DNA from: Deltaproteobacteria bacterium
Lineage (GTDB): Bacteria; Myxococcota_A; UBA9160; SMWR01
Length of the DNA: 64,000 bases
Assembly (NCBI GenBank): GCA_032128115.1
Contig: JAQBHB010000041.1
Span: 96,001-160,000, forward strand
Direction of reading: 5' to 3'
The notes under the pieces are model-generated. The model worked only from the letters and a program-made list of their open reading frames with translations. It was not told the DNA's origin and searched no databases. How positions within the stretch are numbered: the stretch's first letter is position 1; the number at the start of each line of letters is the position of its first letter. Below are positions 12,805-22,747 of this stretch, one piece after another. The translations under genes and the position numbers were made by a program.

Positions 12805-13254
12805 TCAGGGCAGCAGCACGAATCCTGCCACGGCCGTCACCGCCGCAGCCAGCACGGCCAGGATCCCCAGCAGCGCGTGGACGTCGAAAGCCCGCGACCG
12901 CCCCTCCTCGATCCGGTGACCCGCCACCGCCGCAGCCCCGAACAGGCTCGCCACCAGCAGACCCAGCCAGCCGTGGAAGCTGTCAAAGGGATCCCAGCCC
13001 CGCAGCCACACCGCCGACACGGGTCCGCCCACGAAGCCCACGAGCAACAGGGCCACCGCGGGCTTCGCGACCCGAAGGTGTTTGCGGCGGAGCCCGGCGC
13101 CGCCGGCCCCGCCCGGAACCCGGCCGGTGCGTCGCCGCCGGAGACCGAGTCCAACCCGCAGGGCCCACGCCGCCAGCGTCAGGCTCGCGATCATCCACAC
13201 GGGGTGCGCGTAGGCCAGCCAGCGGAGCCAGGCGTCGTGGGACGTGGCGTCCAG
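12805..13254 (-). CDS. DUF4079-like membrane protein (His-containing TM helices)
   Basis: Four hydrophobic segments with HP..M and H..LG motifs. The frame is open back to CTG 13254; GTG 13200 is an alternative start. Confidence 0.65.
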   Translation of the reverse strand: MDATSHDAWLRWLAYAHPVWMIASLTLAAWALRVGLGLRRRRTGRVPGGAGGAGLRRKHLRVAKPAVALLLVGFVGGPVSAVWLRGWDPFDSFHGWLGLLVASLFGAAAVAGHRIEEGRSRAFDVHALLGILAVLAAAVTAVAGFVLLP

Positions 13255-13983
13255 TCACTCCACCTCGTGGATGGCGTCGCTGGAAAGGCTTTCCAGCAGC
13301 GACTTCAGCGCGCGCTCCAGGTAGTCGGCGTCGCGCGATTCGAGCGTGAGCAACACGTGATAGTCCGGCCTGTCGAAGTGGGGATACGAGCCCAGCATCA
13401 AGCGGGGGAAGCGCCGGAGCAGGCCGTCGAGCAAGGGCACCAGATCGCTCTCGCGCTGCTTCACGTACACCCGCTTCAGGGCGAAGGGCACACCCCGAAA
13501 GCGCTCCTGAATCGACTCGAATTTCTTGATCAGCAGCGCGGGCACGCCGGGAAAGATGTACACGTTCTCCAGGATGATGGCCGGGAACCACAGGTCGCCG
13601 GCATCCACGAGCGTCGCACCCTCGGGAACCCTCGCCATCTTGAGCTGGTGCTCGTCCGGAGCCTTTCCTCCCTCTGCGCGCTTGAGTCGACCGGCGATCG
13701 ATTCGTTGCGCACCACCGAACGACCGAAGGCGGCCGCAACCCCTTCCATGGTGAGGTCGTCGTGGGTGGGTCCGATGCCACCGGACGTGAACACGAAGTC
13801 GTAGGCGGCGGCCATCGCCTTGACCTCGGCGGCGATGATCTCCACCTGGTCCGGGATCGTGAGGATGCGCTCCACGTCTACACCCAGTGCCCGAAGCTTC
13901 CTGCACAGGTACGGGGAGTTGGTGTCCTGGATCTTTCCGGAGAGGATCTCGTTGCCGATGATGAGGATGCCAGCCGACGGCAT
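13255..13983 (-). CDS. CinA-like molybdopterin-binding domain protein (no PncC domain)
   Basis: IIGNEILSG..DTN, TSGGIGPTHDDLT and PGVP. This is the C-terminal part of the 13255..16371 track ORF. Confidence 0.9.
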   Translation of the reverse strand: MPSAGILIIGNEILSGKIQDTNSPYLCRKLRALGVDVERILTIPDQVEIIAAEVKAMAAAYDFVFTSGGIGPTHDDLTMEGVAAAFGRSVVRNESIAGRLKRAEGGKAPDEHQLKMARVPEGATLVDAGDLWFPAIILENVYIFPGVPALLIKKFESIQERFRGVPFALKRVYVKQRESDLVPLLDGLLRRFPRLMLGSYPHFDRPDYHVLLTLESRDADYLERALKSLLESLSSDAIHEVE

Positions 13984-14073
13984 GACGGAAGCAGCATATC
14001 GAACGGGGCCACGCGCACCAACCGGCTCGCCAGCCCGCTTGGAGCCGCTAGCGGGCTCGCGTATGATCGGCGC

Positions 14074-14364
14074 GTGGACGTTCTGGTGCGCTTTCGCCCG
14101 TCGGACCGCAGCGTTCGCGTGCCGGTCGGCACTACGCTTCTCGAAGCAGCCCACCGGGCCGAGCTGCCGGTGGCAAGAGCCTGCGGTGCCCGGGGCCTGT
14201 GCGGGCGCTGCGGAATGCGGGTGCTGGCCGGGGCTGCGGGGCTCGAGCCGGAAGGCGCGATCGAGACCCGCGCAAAACAACGGAACCGCGTGGACCCTGC
14301 CGAACGGCTCTCGTGTCAGGTGACCCCCACCGGCGACGTTCTGGTGACCGCCCGCTACTGGTAG
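14074..14364 (+). CDS. 2Fe-2S ferredoxin
   Basis: C-X5-C-X2-C (CGARGLCGRC) and RLSCQ. GTG lies 6 nt after TATGAT. Confidence 0.88.
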   Translation: MDVLVRFRPSDRSVRVPVGTTLLEAAHRAELPVARACGARGLCGRCGMRVLAGAAGLEPEGAIETRAKQRNRVDPAERLSCQVTPTGDVLVTARYW

Positions 14365-14400
14365 GAAGAGCCTGGCCCCCCGGACCGAGGAGATCACGCG

Positions 14401-15330
14401 ATGCGGGAAATTAGGATCGGCGTCACCCTGGGAGACGCAGGGGGAAGCGACCTGGATACCCTGCTCGATCGCTTCCGACGGGCGGAGGCATCCGGCTTCC
14501 AGACCGGGTGGATTCCCAACATCTTCGGTTTCGACGCACTGACCCTGGCGGCCCTCGCCGGTCGCGTCACCGAGACCCTCGAGATCGGAACCGCCGTGGT
14601 TCCCACCCACTCGCGGCATCCACTCTACATGGCGCAGCAGGCGCTCTCGACCCAGGCGGCCTGCAAGGGGCGCTTCGTTCTGGGCCTGGGACCCAGTCAC
14701 AGGGTGGTGATCGAGAACATGCTGGGCCTCTCCTTCGAGAAGCCCGCCAGACATGTCCGCGAGTACATCAAGGTGGTGAGCGACCTGGTGTACACGGGCA
14801 AGACCGCCTTCCATGGCGAAACGCTCCGGGTCAACGGTGCGGTCAGCGTGGCTTCCGGAGGCCCGTGCCCGATCCTGATCGGCGCCCTGGGACCGATGAT
14901 GCGGCGCGTCTGCGGCGAACTCACCCAGGGCACGATCACGTGGATGACCGGCACCCGCACCCTTGGCGAAATCGTCGTTCCGGGCATCCGCGCCGCGGCC
15001 GCAAACGCCGGCCGCCCGGGCCCCCGCGTGGTGGCCGGATTTCCGGTGGTTCTCACCCGTGACCCGGGTGCAGCCCGCGACGCCGCCTCGAAGATGTTCG
15101 CAAACTACGGGATGCTGCCGTCCTATCGAGCCATGCTCGATGCCGAAGGCGTGGCGGATCCAGCCGAGTTGGCCATCACCGGAGACGCCAACACCATCGA
15201 GACGGCGATCCGCGGCCTGGCCTCGGCGGGGGTCACCGACTTCAATGCGTTCGTCTACCCGGCCGGCCCCGATCCCCGGGCCGCCATCGACGAAACCTGG
15301 GAGCTGCTGGCGCAGCTCAACCGGAGCTGA
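14401..15330 (+). CDS. F420-dependent LLM class oxidoreductase (TIGR03564-like)
   Basis: IGTAVVPTHSRHP..MAQQALS, GRFVLGLGPSH, GALGPMM and GTITWM. Confidence 0.85.
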   Translation: MREIRIGVTLGDAGGSDLDTLLDRFRRAEASGFQTGWIPNIFGFDALTLAALAGRVTETLEIGTAVVPTHSRHPLYMAQQALSTQAACKGRFVLGLGPSHRVVIENMLGLSFEKPARHVREYIKVVSDLVYTGKTAFHGETLRVNGAVSVASGGPCPILIGALGPMMRRVCGELTQGTITWMTGTRTLGEIVVPGIRAAAANAGRPGPRVVAGFPVVLTRDPGAARDAASKMFANYGMLPSYRAMLDAEGVADPAELAITGDANTIETAIRGLASAGVTDFNAFVYPAGPDPRAAIDETWELLAQLNRS

Positions 15331-15333
15331 GGC

Positions 15334-16509
15334 GTGTCGGAGAAGCAGAAAGCTCCCGGGTTCCAGACCCGCGCCATCCACGAGGGCCAGGAGCCGGATC
15401 CCACCACCGGCGCCACCATCACGCCGGTCTACCAGACGGTGACCTACACGCTGGATGCGGTGGATCGCAGCCGCGGTTGGGAGTACTCGCGCAGCGCCAA
15501 CCCCACCCGCGATGCCCTGGAGCGGTGCCTGGCCTCTCTGGAAGGCGGCCGCTTCGGGCTGGCCTACGCCTCGGGCATGGCCGCCATCAGCGGCGTCATG
15601 CAGGTGCTCGCAAGCGGCGACCACGTGGTGGTGGCCGACGACCTGTACGGGGGAAGCCATCGCCTGTTTTCGCAGTTGATGCCGCGCTTCGGCGTTCGCT
15701 TCACCTATGTGGACGCGACGCGCCCGGAAGAAGTCGACAAGGCCGTGTGCGAGGCCACGAAGCTCGTCTGGATCGAGAGCCCCACCAATCCCATGCTGCG
15801 GCTGATCGACGTAGAGGCCTGCGGCGAGATCGCGCGCCGCCACGGGGCACGTCTGGTGGTGGACAATACATTCGCCACGCCGTACCTGCAGAACCCGTTG
15901 GCGCTCGGCGCCCACGTGGTGGTGCACTCCACCACCAAATACATCGGCGGGCACTCGGACGTGATCGGCGGCGCCGTGGTCGTGGACGACGAGGGCTACG
16001 CCGACTCGCTGCGCTTCGCCCGCAACGCCACCGGCGGGGTCCCCGGCCCGTGGGACGCCTGGCTCACCCTGCGCGGCCTGAAAACCCTGGCCTTGCGCAT
16101 GCGCCAGCACCAGGAGAACGCCGCGGCGATCGCCGCGTTCCTGAAGGGCCGTCCGGAGGTTGCGCGAGTGCACTATCCGGGTCTGCCCGACCACCCGGGA
16201 CATGAGCTTGCGGCGAAGCAGATGCGCGGTTTCGGCGGCATGGTCACCATCGATCTCACGGGCGGACCGGAAGCGGCCCGCCACGTGTGTCAGGCCACCA
16301 GGCTCTTTTCCCTGGGCGAGAGCCTGGGCGGCGTCGAGTCGCTGATCGGATATCCATGGACCATGAGCCACGCCGCCTTTGCGCCCGAAGAGAAGCGCCG
16401 CAAGGGAATCAGCGAGGCGACGGTGCGTCTCTCGGTGGGGATCGAGGACGCGGACGATCTGTGCGGCGACCTGGAACGGGCCCTATCCACCGCCCCGGGC
16501 GCCGGGTGA
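15334..16509 (+). CDS. metB: Cystathionine gamma-synthase/gamma-lyase (PLP-dependent)
   Basis: YSRSANPT, ESPTNP, DNTFATP, HSTTKYIGGHSD and ESLGGVESL. Synthase versus lyase is not resolvable. Confidence 0.85.
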   Translation: MSEKQKAPGFQTRAIHEGQEPDPTTGATITPVYQTVTYTLDAVDRSRGWEYSRSANPTRDALERCLASLEGGRFGLAYASGMAAISGVMQVLASGDHVVVADDLYGGSHRLFSQLMPRFGVRFTYVDATRPEEVDKAVCEATKLVWIESPTNPMLRLIDVEACGEIARRHGARLVVDNTFATPYLQNPLALGAHVVVHSTTKYIGGHSDVIGGAVVVDDEGYADSLRFARNATGGVPGPWDAWLTLRGLKTLALRMRQHQENAAAIAAFLKGRPEVARVHYPGLPDHPGHELAAKQMRGFGGMVTIDLTGGPEAARHVCQATRLFSLGESLGGVESLIGYPWTMSHAAFAPEEKRRKGISEATVRLSVGIEDADDLCGDLERALSTAPGAG

Positions 16510-16874
16510 TCCGCGCGATCCTGATCGTAGACCACGGCAGCCGACGTCCGGAGGCCAACGCCGATCTCGATCGAATCGCCGATCAGGTCCGCCAGCGCGT
16601 TCCCGACCAGGTGGTGCAGGTGGCCCATCTGGAGATCGCAGCGCCAAGCATCGCCGAGGGTCTGGACGCCTGCGTCCGGGCGGGCGCCCGGGAGATCGTG
16701 GTGCATCCCTATTTCCTGGCCCCGGGCAACCACACCACCCACGACATCCCGCGCTGCGTCTCGGAGGCCGCCGCCAGACACCCGGACGTGGAAGTCCGGA
16801 TCAGCGAGGCGCTGGGCCCGGACGCGCGTTTCGTGGACGTGATCCTGGATCGTGTGGAACGGGTGCGGAGCTGA
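16506..16874 (+). CDS. Short CbiX/SirB-type (sirohydrochlorin) chelatase
   Basis: DHGSRR and PYFLAPGNH...DIP. GTGA overlap with the upstream stop. Confidence 0.85.
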   Translation: MIRAILIVDHGSRRPEANADLDRIADQVRQRVPDQVVQVAHLEIAAPSIAEGLDACVRAGAREIVVHPYFLAPGNHTTHDIPRCVSEAAARHPDVEVRISEALGPDARFVDVILDRVERVRS

Positions 16875-18127
16875 ACCCGTCGGGGCGCCTGCTCGGTCTT
16901 CCCTCCATTGCCATCGCGTGGTTCTTCACCCTGGGCGGACTCGGGATCTTCTTCCCGTACTACAGCCTCTACCTGGGAGAGAACGCGGGTCTCCCGGGAA
17001 CCCAGGTGGGCATCGTGATGTCCATGATCCCACTCATGGGCATCGCGGCTCAGCCCTTCTGGGGCCAGGTGGCCGACCGGACGGGCTCGCGCGCTCGCGT
17101 GCTGGTGTGGTTGGGGCTCGGCGCCGCCGCAGGCCACACGCTTCTCTACACGGCCGGGGGATTCGCGAGCGTGCTGTTGGCCACGTGCGTGCTGGCGTTC
17201 TTCGGAACCGCCCTGATTCCCATGACTCTGTCGGTGACCCTGGCGCTCACCCGTGACCGCGGCGCCGGGGCCTTCGGACGCATGCGCGTGTGGGGAACCA
17301 TTGGCTTCCTGCTCGTAGTGGTGACGTTCCCACTGGGTCTGCACGTCCTGCAGCGACGTCTCGGACTCGAGGCAACGCCCGGAATCTCGGAGCCGGGACT
17401 CGCTCTCATGTTCCCGCTCACGGCCGTCTGTCTGTTGGTGGGAGCGTTCGTGGCACTGACGCTTCCGCGCGGGGGCGCCATCTCGCTGCGCGCACCGCGG
17501 GGCGACTGGCGACGGCTGATGCGCCACGGACCCTTCCTGCGCCTGCTGGCCTTCGCCGTATTGGCCCACGGCTGCCTGCAGGGGCCCATGGCCATGTTCT
17601 CACTGTACGTGCGCGCCCACGGCGGAAGCCTCGACTCGATCGCCCGGATGTGGGTGCTGATGCTGGCACTGGAGATTCCACTGATCTTCCTGTCCGGGGC
17701 CAGCCTGGCCCGCTTCGGTCCGCGCGGGCTGCTGGCGATTGGCGTGATCGCGGGCGGCGTGCGCTGGACCGTGTGCGGCTTCATCAGCGACCCTGCCTGG
17801 ATCTACGCAGTGCAGATCCTGCACGGCGTGGTGGTGGCCGGGCTCGTGATCGGCGGCCCCCTCTACGTGGAGGCAGTGGTTCCCGAGCGATTGCGCTCCA
17901 CGGGCCAGGGACTGCTGGCCATGATCGGGGTGAGCGTGGGCGGCATCGTGTCGAACCTGTCCACGGGCTGGCTTCTGGAGCACGTGGGGCCCGACGCGCC
18001 CTACAGGGTGGGGGGCGCCGGGGCCCTGGCGCTTGGATGCCTGCTCCCGCTGCTGATCCCACCGGCGCGGCGCCCGGCGGCCGCCGACGGCGAAGACACT
18101 CCGGAATATGCAGTCAGGAGTCGATGA
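16871..18127 (+). CDS. MFS transporter (MFS_1-like / HcaT-type)
   Basis: About 12 TM segments, QPFWGQVADRTG and FGRMRVWGTIGF. Start uncertain; CTG 16871 overlaps the upstream TGA. Confidence 0.85.
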   Translation: MNPSGRLLGLPSIAIAWFFTLGGLGIFFPYYSLYLGENAGLPGTQVGIVMSMIPLMGIAAQPFWGQVADRTGSRARVLVWLGLGAAAGHTLLYTAGGFASVLLATCVLAFFGTALIPMTLSVTLALTRDRGAGAFGRMRVWGTIGFLLVVVTFPLGLHVLQRRLGLEATPGISEPGLALMFPLTAVCLLVGAFVALTLPRGGAISLRAPRGDWRRLMRHGPFLRLLAFAVLAHGCLQGPMAMFSLYVRAHGGSLDSIARMWVLMLALEIPLIFLSGASLARFGPRGLLAIGVIAGGVRWTVCGFISDPAWIYAVQILHGVVVAGLVIGGPLYVEAVVPERLRSTGQGLLAMIGVSVGGIVSNLSTGWLLEHVGPDAPYRVGGAGALALGCLLPLLIPPARRPAAADGEDTPEYAVRSR

Positions 18128-19391
18128 CGCGAAGCTGCGGAGAGCGCTCATCGGCCTCGCCCTGCGCCGCCAACAGGAAGTCGATCGAAGCCAACACGTC
18201 CGCCGGCAGGATGCCCGTCATGCAGCGCGCCTGGGCAAACCAGCACGAGAGCACCTTGTTGTCATGGACGAACATGCACGGGGAGCAGGCGAGCTTCAGG
18301 TAGTGCAACCGGTGCCGCTGGCCCGCGCGCGACCGCAACGGCCCATACAGGACGGGTGTCTCGGGCCCGAACAGGGCGACGGTGGAGGCCCCTGCGGCCG
18401 ACGCAATGTGGAGCGGCCCGCTGTCGTTGCTGACCACGACCGCCGCGTGCTCCAGCAACGCCACCAGCTCGCCGATGTCGATGCGCCCCGCCAGGTTGAC
18501 CAATCGGCTCTCCACCCGGGATGCATTCACCACCGACTCCACGTACTCGCGCTCGGCGGGCGAGCCGGTCACCACCACGTTCAAGTCGTCGCGTGCCCCC
18601 AGATGGCGCAGCAGCTCGGCGACCTGATCCAGGGGCCAGCGCCGTTCCAGCGCCATGTCGCCCGCGTTGGGATTCACGATCACCAGGGGGCGCCCTTCCC
18701 GCCAGGCGGGGTCGCCTTCCAGCCGCTCCTGGCACGAGGCCCACGCCGACTCGGGAGCCTCGAGCCGCGGCAGGGACTCCGGGCCCATCACCGTGGCGGG
18801 ATCCACTGGATCCATGGGATCGCCGCGCAACAGGTCCAGGAAATTGAGCGCCACGTGGTTGTAGGCGTTGAAGGGGACCTCCACGTCGTGGAGCTTCCCC
18901 CGCCACTTGCCCTTGGCGCTGAAGCCATGGGATCGCCGCGGCTTCGCCAGGAACGAGAAGATGGACGAGAAGCGCGTGAAGAACTCCAGGTCCAACAGCA
19001 GGTCGTAGCCCTCGCGGCGAATTGCCCAGATGCTGCGAAGCGTGTCCAACAGGAAGCCCAGCACCCCGCGGCGAAGGTCCAACAGCACCACGTTGTCGAT
19101 TCCCGGAATCCGCTCCAGGATGACCCGGTTCTCGGTGAGCGTCAGGAAATCGATGCGAGCGCGGGGGTAACGCGTGCGAATCGCTTCCAGCAGCGGTGTC
19201 GCCAGGACGATGCTCCCCATGCCCCACATCTTGAGGAGCAGCACCTTGCGAACGTCTTCTGCCGCCAGCGGCGGGCGCTGGCCGCGCACCAGCTTCTTGA
19301 CGCCCAACAGCCCCGCGCAGACTGTGGAGCCCGCATAGCGGTCGATCCACAGCGCAATCGAGTAGAGCTGGTTCGGCCGCGACGCTCTCAT
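18114..19391 (-). CDS. Glycosyltransferase family 9 (heptosyltransferase-like)
   Basis: GMGSIVLATP, RRWP and SNDSGPLHIA...TVALFGP. Confidence 0.9.
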   Translation of the reverse strand: MRASRPNQLYSIALWIDRYAGSTVCAGLLGVKKLVRGQRPPLAAEDVRKVLLLKMWGMGSIVLATPLLEAIRTRYPRARIDFLTLTENRVILERIPGIDNVVLLDLRRGVLGFLLDTLRSIWAIRREGYDLLLDLEFFTRFSSIFSFLAKPRRSHGFSAKGKWRGKLHDVEVPFNAYNHVALNFLDLLRGDPMDPVDPATVMGPESLPRLEAPESAWASCQERLEGDPAWREGRPLVIVNPNAGDMALERRWPLDQVAELLRHLGARDDLNVVVTGSPAEREYVESVVNASRVESRLVNLAGRIDIGELVALLEHAAVVVSNDSGPLHIASAAGASTVALFGPETPVLYGPLRSRAGQRHRLHYLKLACSPCMFVHDNKVLSCWFAQARCMTGILPADVLASIDFLLAAQGEADERSPQLRVIDS

Positions 19392-19403
19392 GGGCCGAGT
19401 GTA

Positions 19404-21494
19404 TCACTCCGCTTCGGGCCCCTCGTATCGCAACACCTCGACACCGCCGATGCGGGTTTCAGTGCGATAGTGATCCGCGAGGAAGCCAAGGATCGCGGGG
19501 CCGAAGACCAGCTCATCGGGCAACTCGTCCACCCGGTAGGCGTCATGATCCCACACCACATAGCGCGGAGGCGCCGCCTGCAGGTCGGCCAGTACCTCGG
19601 CCCGGTGGGCATTGGTCACAATCTGGTGTCCCATCACGAAACGGATGGGGCTGGGGCGATCCGTCAGGTAGTAGTAGGCGCCGTCGTCCGGCAGGAAGAG
19701 CACCGGCTCGCCCGGCTCGGTGTGGAGCTGCACCCAGCTCGTGACTCGCGCCAGGTGGCGGCTACCCACGGATTGCATGCCCCGGGTCGCCAGCTGCCAG
19801 GTGTTCTCGAGGGTCCGAAAGCCGAGCTTCAGAGGCTGGGCCGCCTCCAGGAATCCCGCCATCAGGATGAAGACCACGAGCGACGCGGATCGCCACTGGG
19901 CCAGGGGGCGCGCGGCGGAGCCGGCGCGCCACAGGTCGACCAGTCGATCCAGGGCGTAGCCCAGCAGCAGCACGGCGGCGGGCAGCACCACCAGGGTTCG
20001 CGGCAGACTGCTGCGCCCGAGCGCGACCCGGAACGCTGCCAATCCGAACAGGGCAATCAGCACGAGGGCCAGGCGCACCGGGTCTTTTGCCAGGCCCACG
20101 GTGATGCGCCGAAGCGAGTTCCACGGGCGGCGCGGAGAAACGGCCCCCACCGGCAGTGCCCACAGGAGGCCCGCCAGGAACACGGCGGGCACCGCATACG
20201 AGAGACGAAGCTGCAGCGACTCTTCGCTCCCCAGCTGGGAGACGGTCAGGGGAAGGCTCGACGCCAGCGATGGGAAGATCATTTTCGCGTAACCCGCCAT
20301 CAGGTAGCGCGGATACTCCACCAGGTCGCGAAGCATGGGCGCCAGGGCATCGTTTGCGGCGAACCAGATCAGCAGGGGCGCCACAACCGCCGCCATGCCC
20401 GCCGCGAACACGAGCCCGGAGCGGGCGTCACGCCGCAGACCGAAGCTGGCGGCTGCCAGGATTGCGAAGACCGCCCCGTATTCCTGGCTGTAGAGAAGAC
20501 CCGTGCCGCCTGCGATCCCGGCAAGGGCACACCAGCGCAGTCGGCCACCGCGCAGCCACAGCCACAGGAACAGGAGCCCCACCAGGGCGAAGCCCACGCG
20601 CACGGTCACCCAGGGCAGCAGGAACGGAAGCGCAAGCACAAGCACGGGACGGCGCAGCATGGCACCGCCCAACACGAACAGCGAGATCCACCCGAGCAGG
20701 CGCGACAGCGACCAGTGAACATCGTAGGTCGCCACCGACCGGCCCAGCACCCGGAACAGGCCGGCGATGCTCAGGTCATAGAGGGGACCGTACAGGCAGA
20801 AGAAATCGCGGCCCTGGAATCCCCCACTCAGGATCGCGTTGGTCCAGGCCAGATGCTGCCCCGTCTCGCCCAGGTATGTGAAGTTGTCGTACATGAGCCG
20901 CGCGTCTTCCAGGCCGTTCACCAACGCGTAGGTTCTCGAGTAGATGCCGGGCGACAAGACGAGCGCGAGGGCCACGGCCGCGCCCAGCCACAGCAGGATG
21001 CGACCGGCCGATCGGCGCGCAGGAGCGGGCAGGAGAGCCATCTCCGCGCCGTCGGGTTCGCCGTCCAGTTCGCTGTCAAGCTGGCCGTCCAGCGGGCGGC
21101 CAGCCCATCGCATGGCGCCAGAGATGCAGACGGCCGCGACCACCCACGTGGCTCCAAGCCACGTGGGCAACCAGAGCACCGCCAGCAGGGCGGACGCGCC
21201 CAGGACCTCCGCGCGCACGACACCGCGAAAATCACTCGCCGGTCGCTGGAACCCGCGGGCCAGTCCCCAGGTGATCAGGGAACCGGCGACCAGCGCGAAC
21301 GCATACCAGAAGATCTCCTGCTGCATGGGGTAGCGGGCCAGGCTGGCCAGGCTCACGATGCCCAGATCGTTTGGCTGGTACTCGAAGTGGATGGGAAGCC
21401 AGCGGACGATCAGCAGCGTGCACGCCGACGCCAGGGGAAGCGCCGCCAGCACACCGTCGTAGCGGCGCTCTTGCGTACTCACGCGGTCCGCCAT
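19404..21494 (-). CDS. Large polytopic membrane protein, GT-C-like glycosyltransferase
   Basis: Many TM helices, G..RDFFCLYGPL loop and a periplasmic C-terminal domain (YYLTDRPSP..PPRYVVW). Confidence 0.6.
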   Translation of the reverse strand: MADRVSTQERRYDGVLAALPLASACTLLIVRWLPIHFEYQPNDLGIVSLASLARYPMQQEIFWYAFALVAGSLITWGLARGFQRPASDFRGVVRAEVLGASALLAVLWLPTWLGATWVVAAVCISGAMRWAGRPLDGQLDSELDGEPDGAEMALLPAPARRSAGRILLWLGAAVALALVLSPGIYSRTYALVNGLEDARLMYDNFTYLGETGQHLAWTNAILSGGFQGRDFFCLYGPLYDLSIAGLFRVLGRSVATYDVHWSLSRLLGWISLFVLGGAMLRRPVLVLALPFLLPWVTVRVGFALVGLLFLWLWLRGGRLRWCALAGIAGGTGLLYSQEYGAVFAILAAASFGLRRDARSGLVFAAGMAAVVAPLLIWFAANDALAPMLRDLVEYPRYLMAGYAKMIFPSLASSLPLTVSQLGSEESLQLRLSYAVPAVFLAGLLWALPVGAVSPRRPWNSLRRITVGLAKDPVRLALVLIALFGLAAFRVALGRSSLPRTLVVLPAAVLLLGYALDRLVDLWRAGSAARPLAQWRSASLVVFILMAGFLEAAQPLKLGFRTLENTWQLATRGMQSVGSRHLARVTSWVQLHTEPGEPVLFLPDDGAYYYLTDRPSPIRFVMGHQIVTNAHRAEVLADLQAAPPRYVVWDHDAYRVDELPDELVFGPAILGFLADHYRTETRIGGVEVLRYEGPEAE

Positions 21495-22747
21495 CGCTGC
21501 CACTCGCGACGAGCCGCCGCGCCGAAGAACACCCCGCCGGAGACGAAGCAGAACACGAGCGACAGATCACGCCACAACAGCAGCCAACCGGGCCACGTGG
21601 GGTAGGCGCGAAAATCCCACTTATCCATCAGCAGCAGATCGCCGCAGAAGAGCGCATAGGCACTGTAGACGTAGCCGCCGATGGTCAGTGTGGCGAGGAC
21701 GGCGAACAGGGGCCGAGGGAAGAACCAGAACGGGATCGACCAGGCCAGGTACTGGAACGACAGGAAGTTGTTGTTCATGGCGTAGAAGATCATGAACGAG
21801 GCACACACGCTCACGCCCAGCTCGCGAGCCGTGCGCTGGTTTCGGCGCAGCCAGGCATGAATCACAAGCGGCAACAGGCACGCGAGCGTGTTGTGGTGGG
21901 CGTGGAAGCGGATCCACGACTCGACCACACCGCGCGGCCCGGCCGGCAGCGCATCGACGATGCCGAAGACGCTCCACACGGTCCAGATGGGCGTTCCGCC
22001 CGGGGTGGTGATGTTGAGGCCCGGATAGGCGATGACCCGCTGGAAGACCAGGAGTGGCGCCTCCCACAGCACCGGCAGATACGTGGAGATCCCGACGAGA
22101 AGCGCCGTGGCCGCGAAGCGAATACGCGCCGGCCAATCCGGAAAGGCGAAGAGCAGCACCGGGGCCGCCAGCGACACCGGCAGCTTCACCCAGAACCCGA
22201 TGCCCAGGGCCACGCCAGCGAGAAGTGGCCGCCTCTGCGCGGCGCCGCGCAGGGCCAGCAGGCAGAAGAACGCCACCGCCGTGTCGGTGTTGCCATGGTA
22301 GGACGAGTACAGGATGGCTAACGGGTGCAACCAGTAGCCGGCGAAGATCGCGTACCGGAACCGCGAGCCCTGGAAGAGCTTCAGGAGCAGCCATGCGTTG
22401 CCCAGGTCGACGAGCGCGAAAGGCGCGCGCAACACCACCCGGAACGGGATGTCGGTTGCTTTGCCGAACAGCCACAGCCACGACATCAGCTTCCCGATGA
22501 AGGGCGGGTGGTTGAAGACCTCCTGCCACCCGTAGTAACCCACCAGTCCGTACTCGACGGTCCATCCGGCATGGCTGGACCAGATGGCAACGTCGTCGGT
22601 CCCCAAGGTGGCGATCACCAGATAGGCGCGAAGTGCTGTGCCGATGGCCAGGGCGATCCAGAGCCAGGGCCCCGCCGATTGGAGGAAGTGCAGGCGCTCT
22701 CCGAACGCCTGCAACCCGGATCGGGCCTCAGGCGACGTTGCGGTCAT
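21479..22747 (-). CDS. Polytopic membrane glycosyltransferase (GT87/DUF2029-like)
   Basis: GTDD in loop 1, FNHPP, HGNTD and FQYLAW. ATG 22747 chosen as start. Confidence 0.7.
   Translation of the reverse strand: MTATSPEARSGLQAFGERLHFLQSAGPWLWIALAIGTALRAYLVIATLGTDDVAIWSSHAGWTVEYGLVGYYGWQEVFNHPPFIGKLMSWLWLFGKATDIPFRVVLRAPFALVDLGNAWLLLKLFQGSRFRYAIFAGYWLHPLAILYSSYHGNTDTAVAFFCLLALRGAAQRRPLLAGVALGIGFWVKLPVSLAAPVLLFAFPDWPARIRFAATALLVGISTYLPVLWEAPLLVFQRVIAYPGLNITTPGGTPIWTVWSVFGIVDALPAGPRGVVESWIRFHAHHNTLACLLPLVIHAWLRRNQRTARELGVSVCASFMIFYAMNNNFLSFQYLAWSIPFWFFPRPLFAVLATLTIGGYVYSAYALFCGDLLLMDKWDFRAYPTWPGWLLLWRDLSLVFCFVSGGVFFGAAARREWQRWRTA

Noticed and set aside
13255..16371. 1038-aa ORF as a giant CinA fusion; likewise 39421..42294 as a long ArgD
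   Set aside because: Only the C-terminal parts carry motifs. The upstream parts are antisense to real genes.
18108..21605. 1165-aa plus-strand ORF and similar long ORFs (e.g. 43935..46283, 2614..4554, 55352..57103)
   Set aside because: Antisense shadows of real genes in high-GC DNA, with no recognisable motifs.
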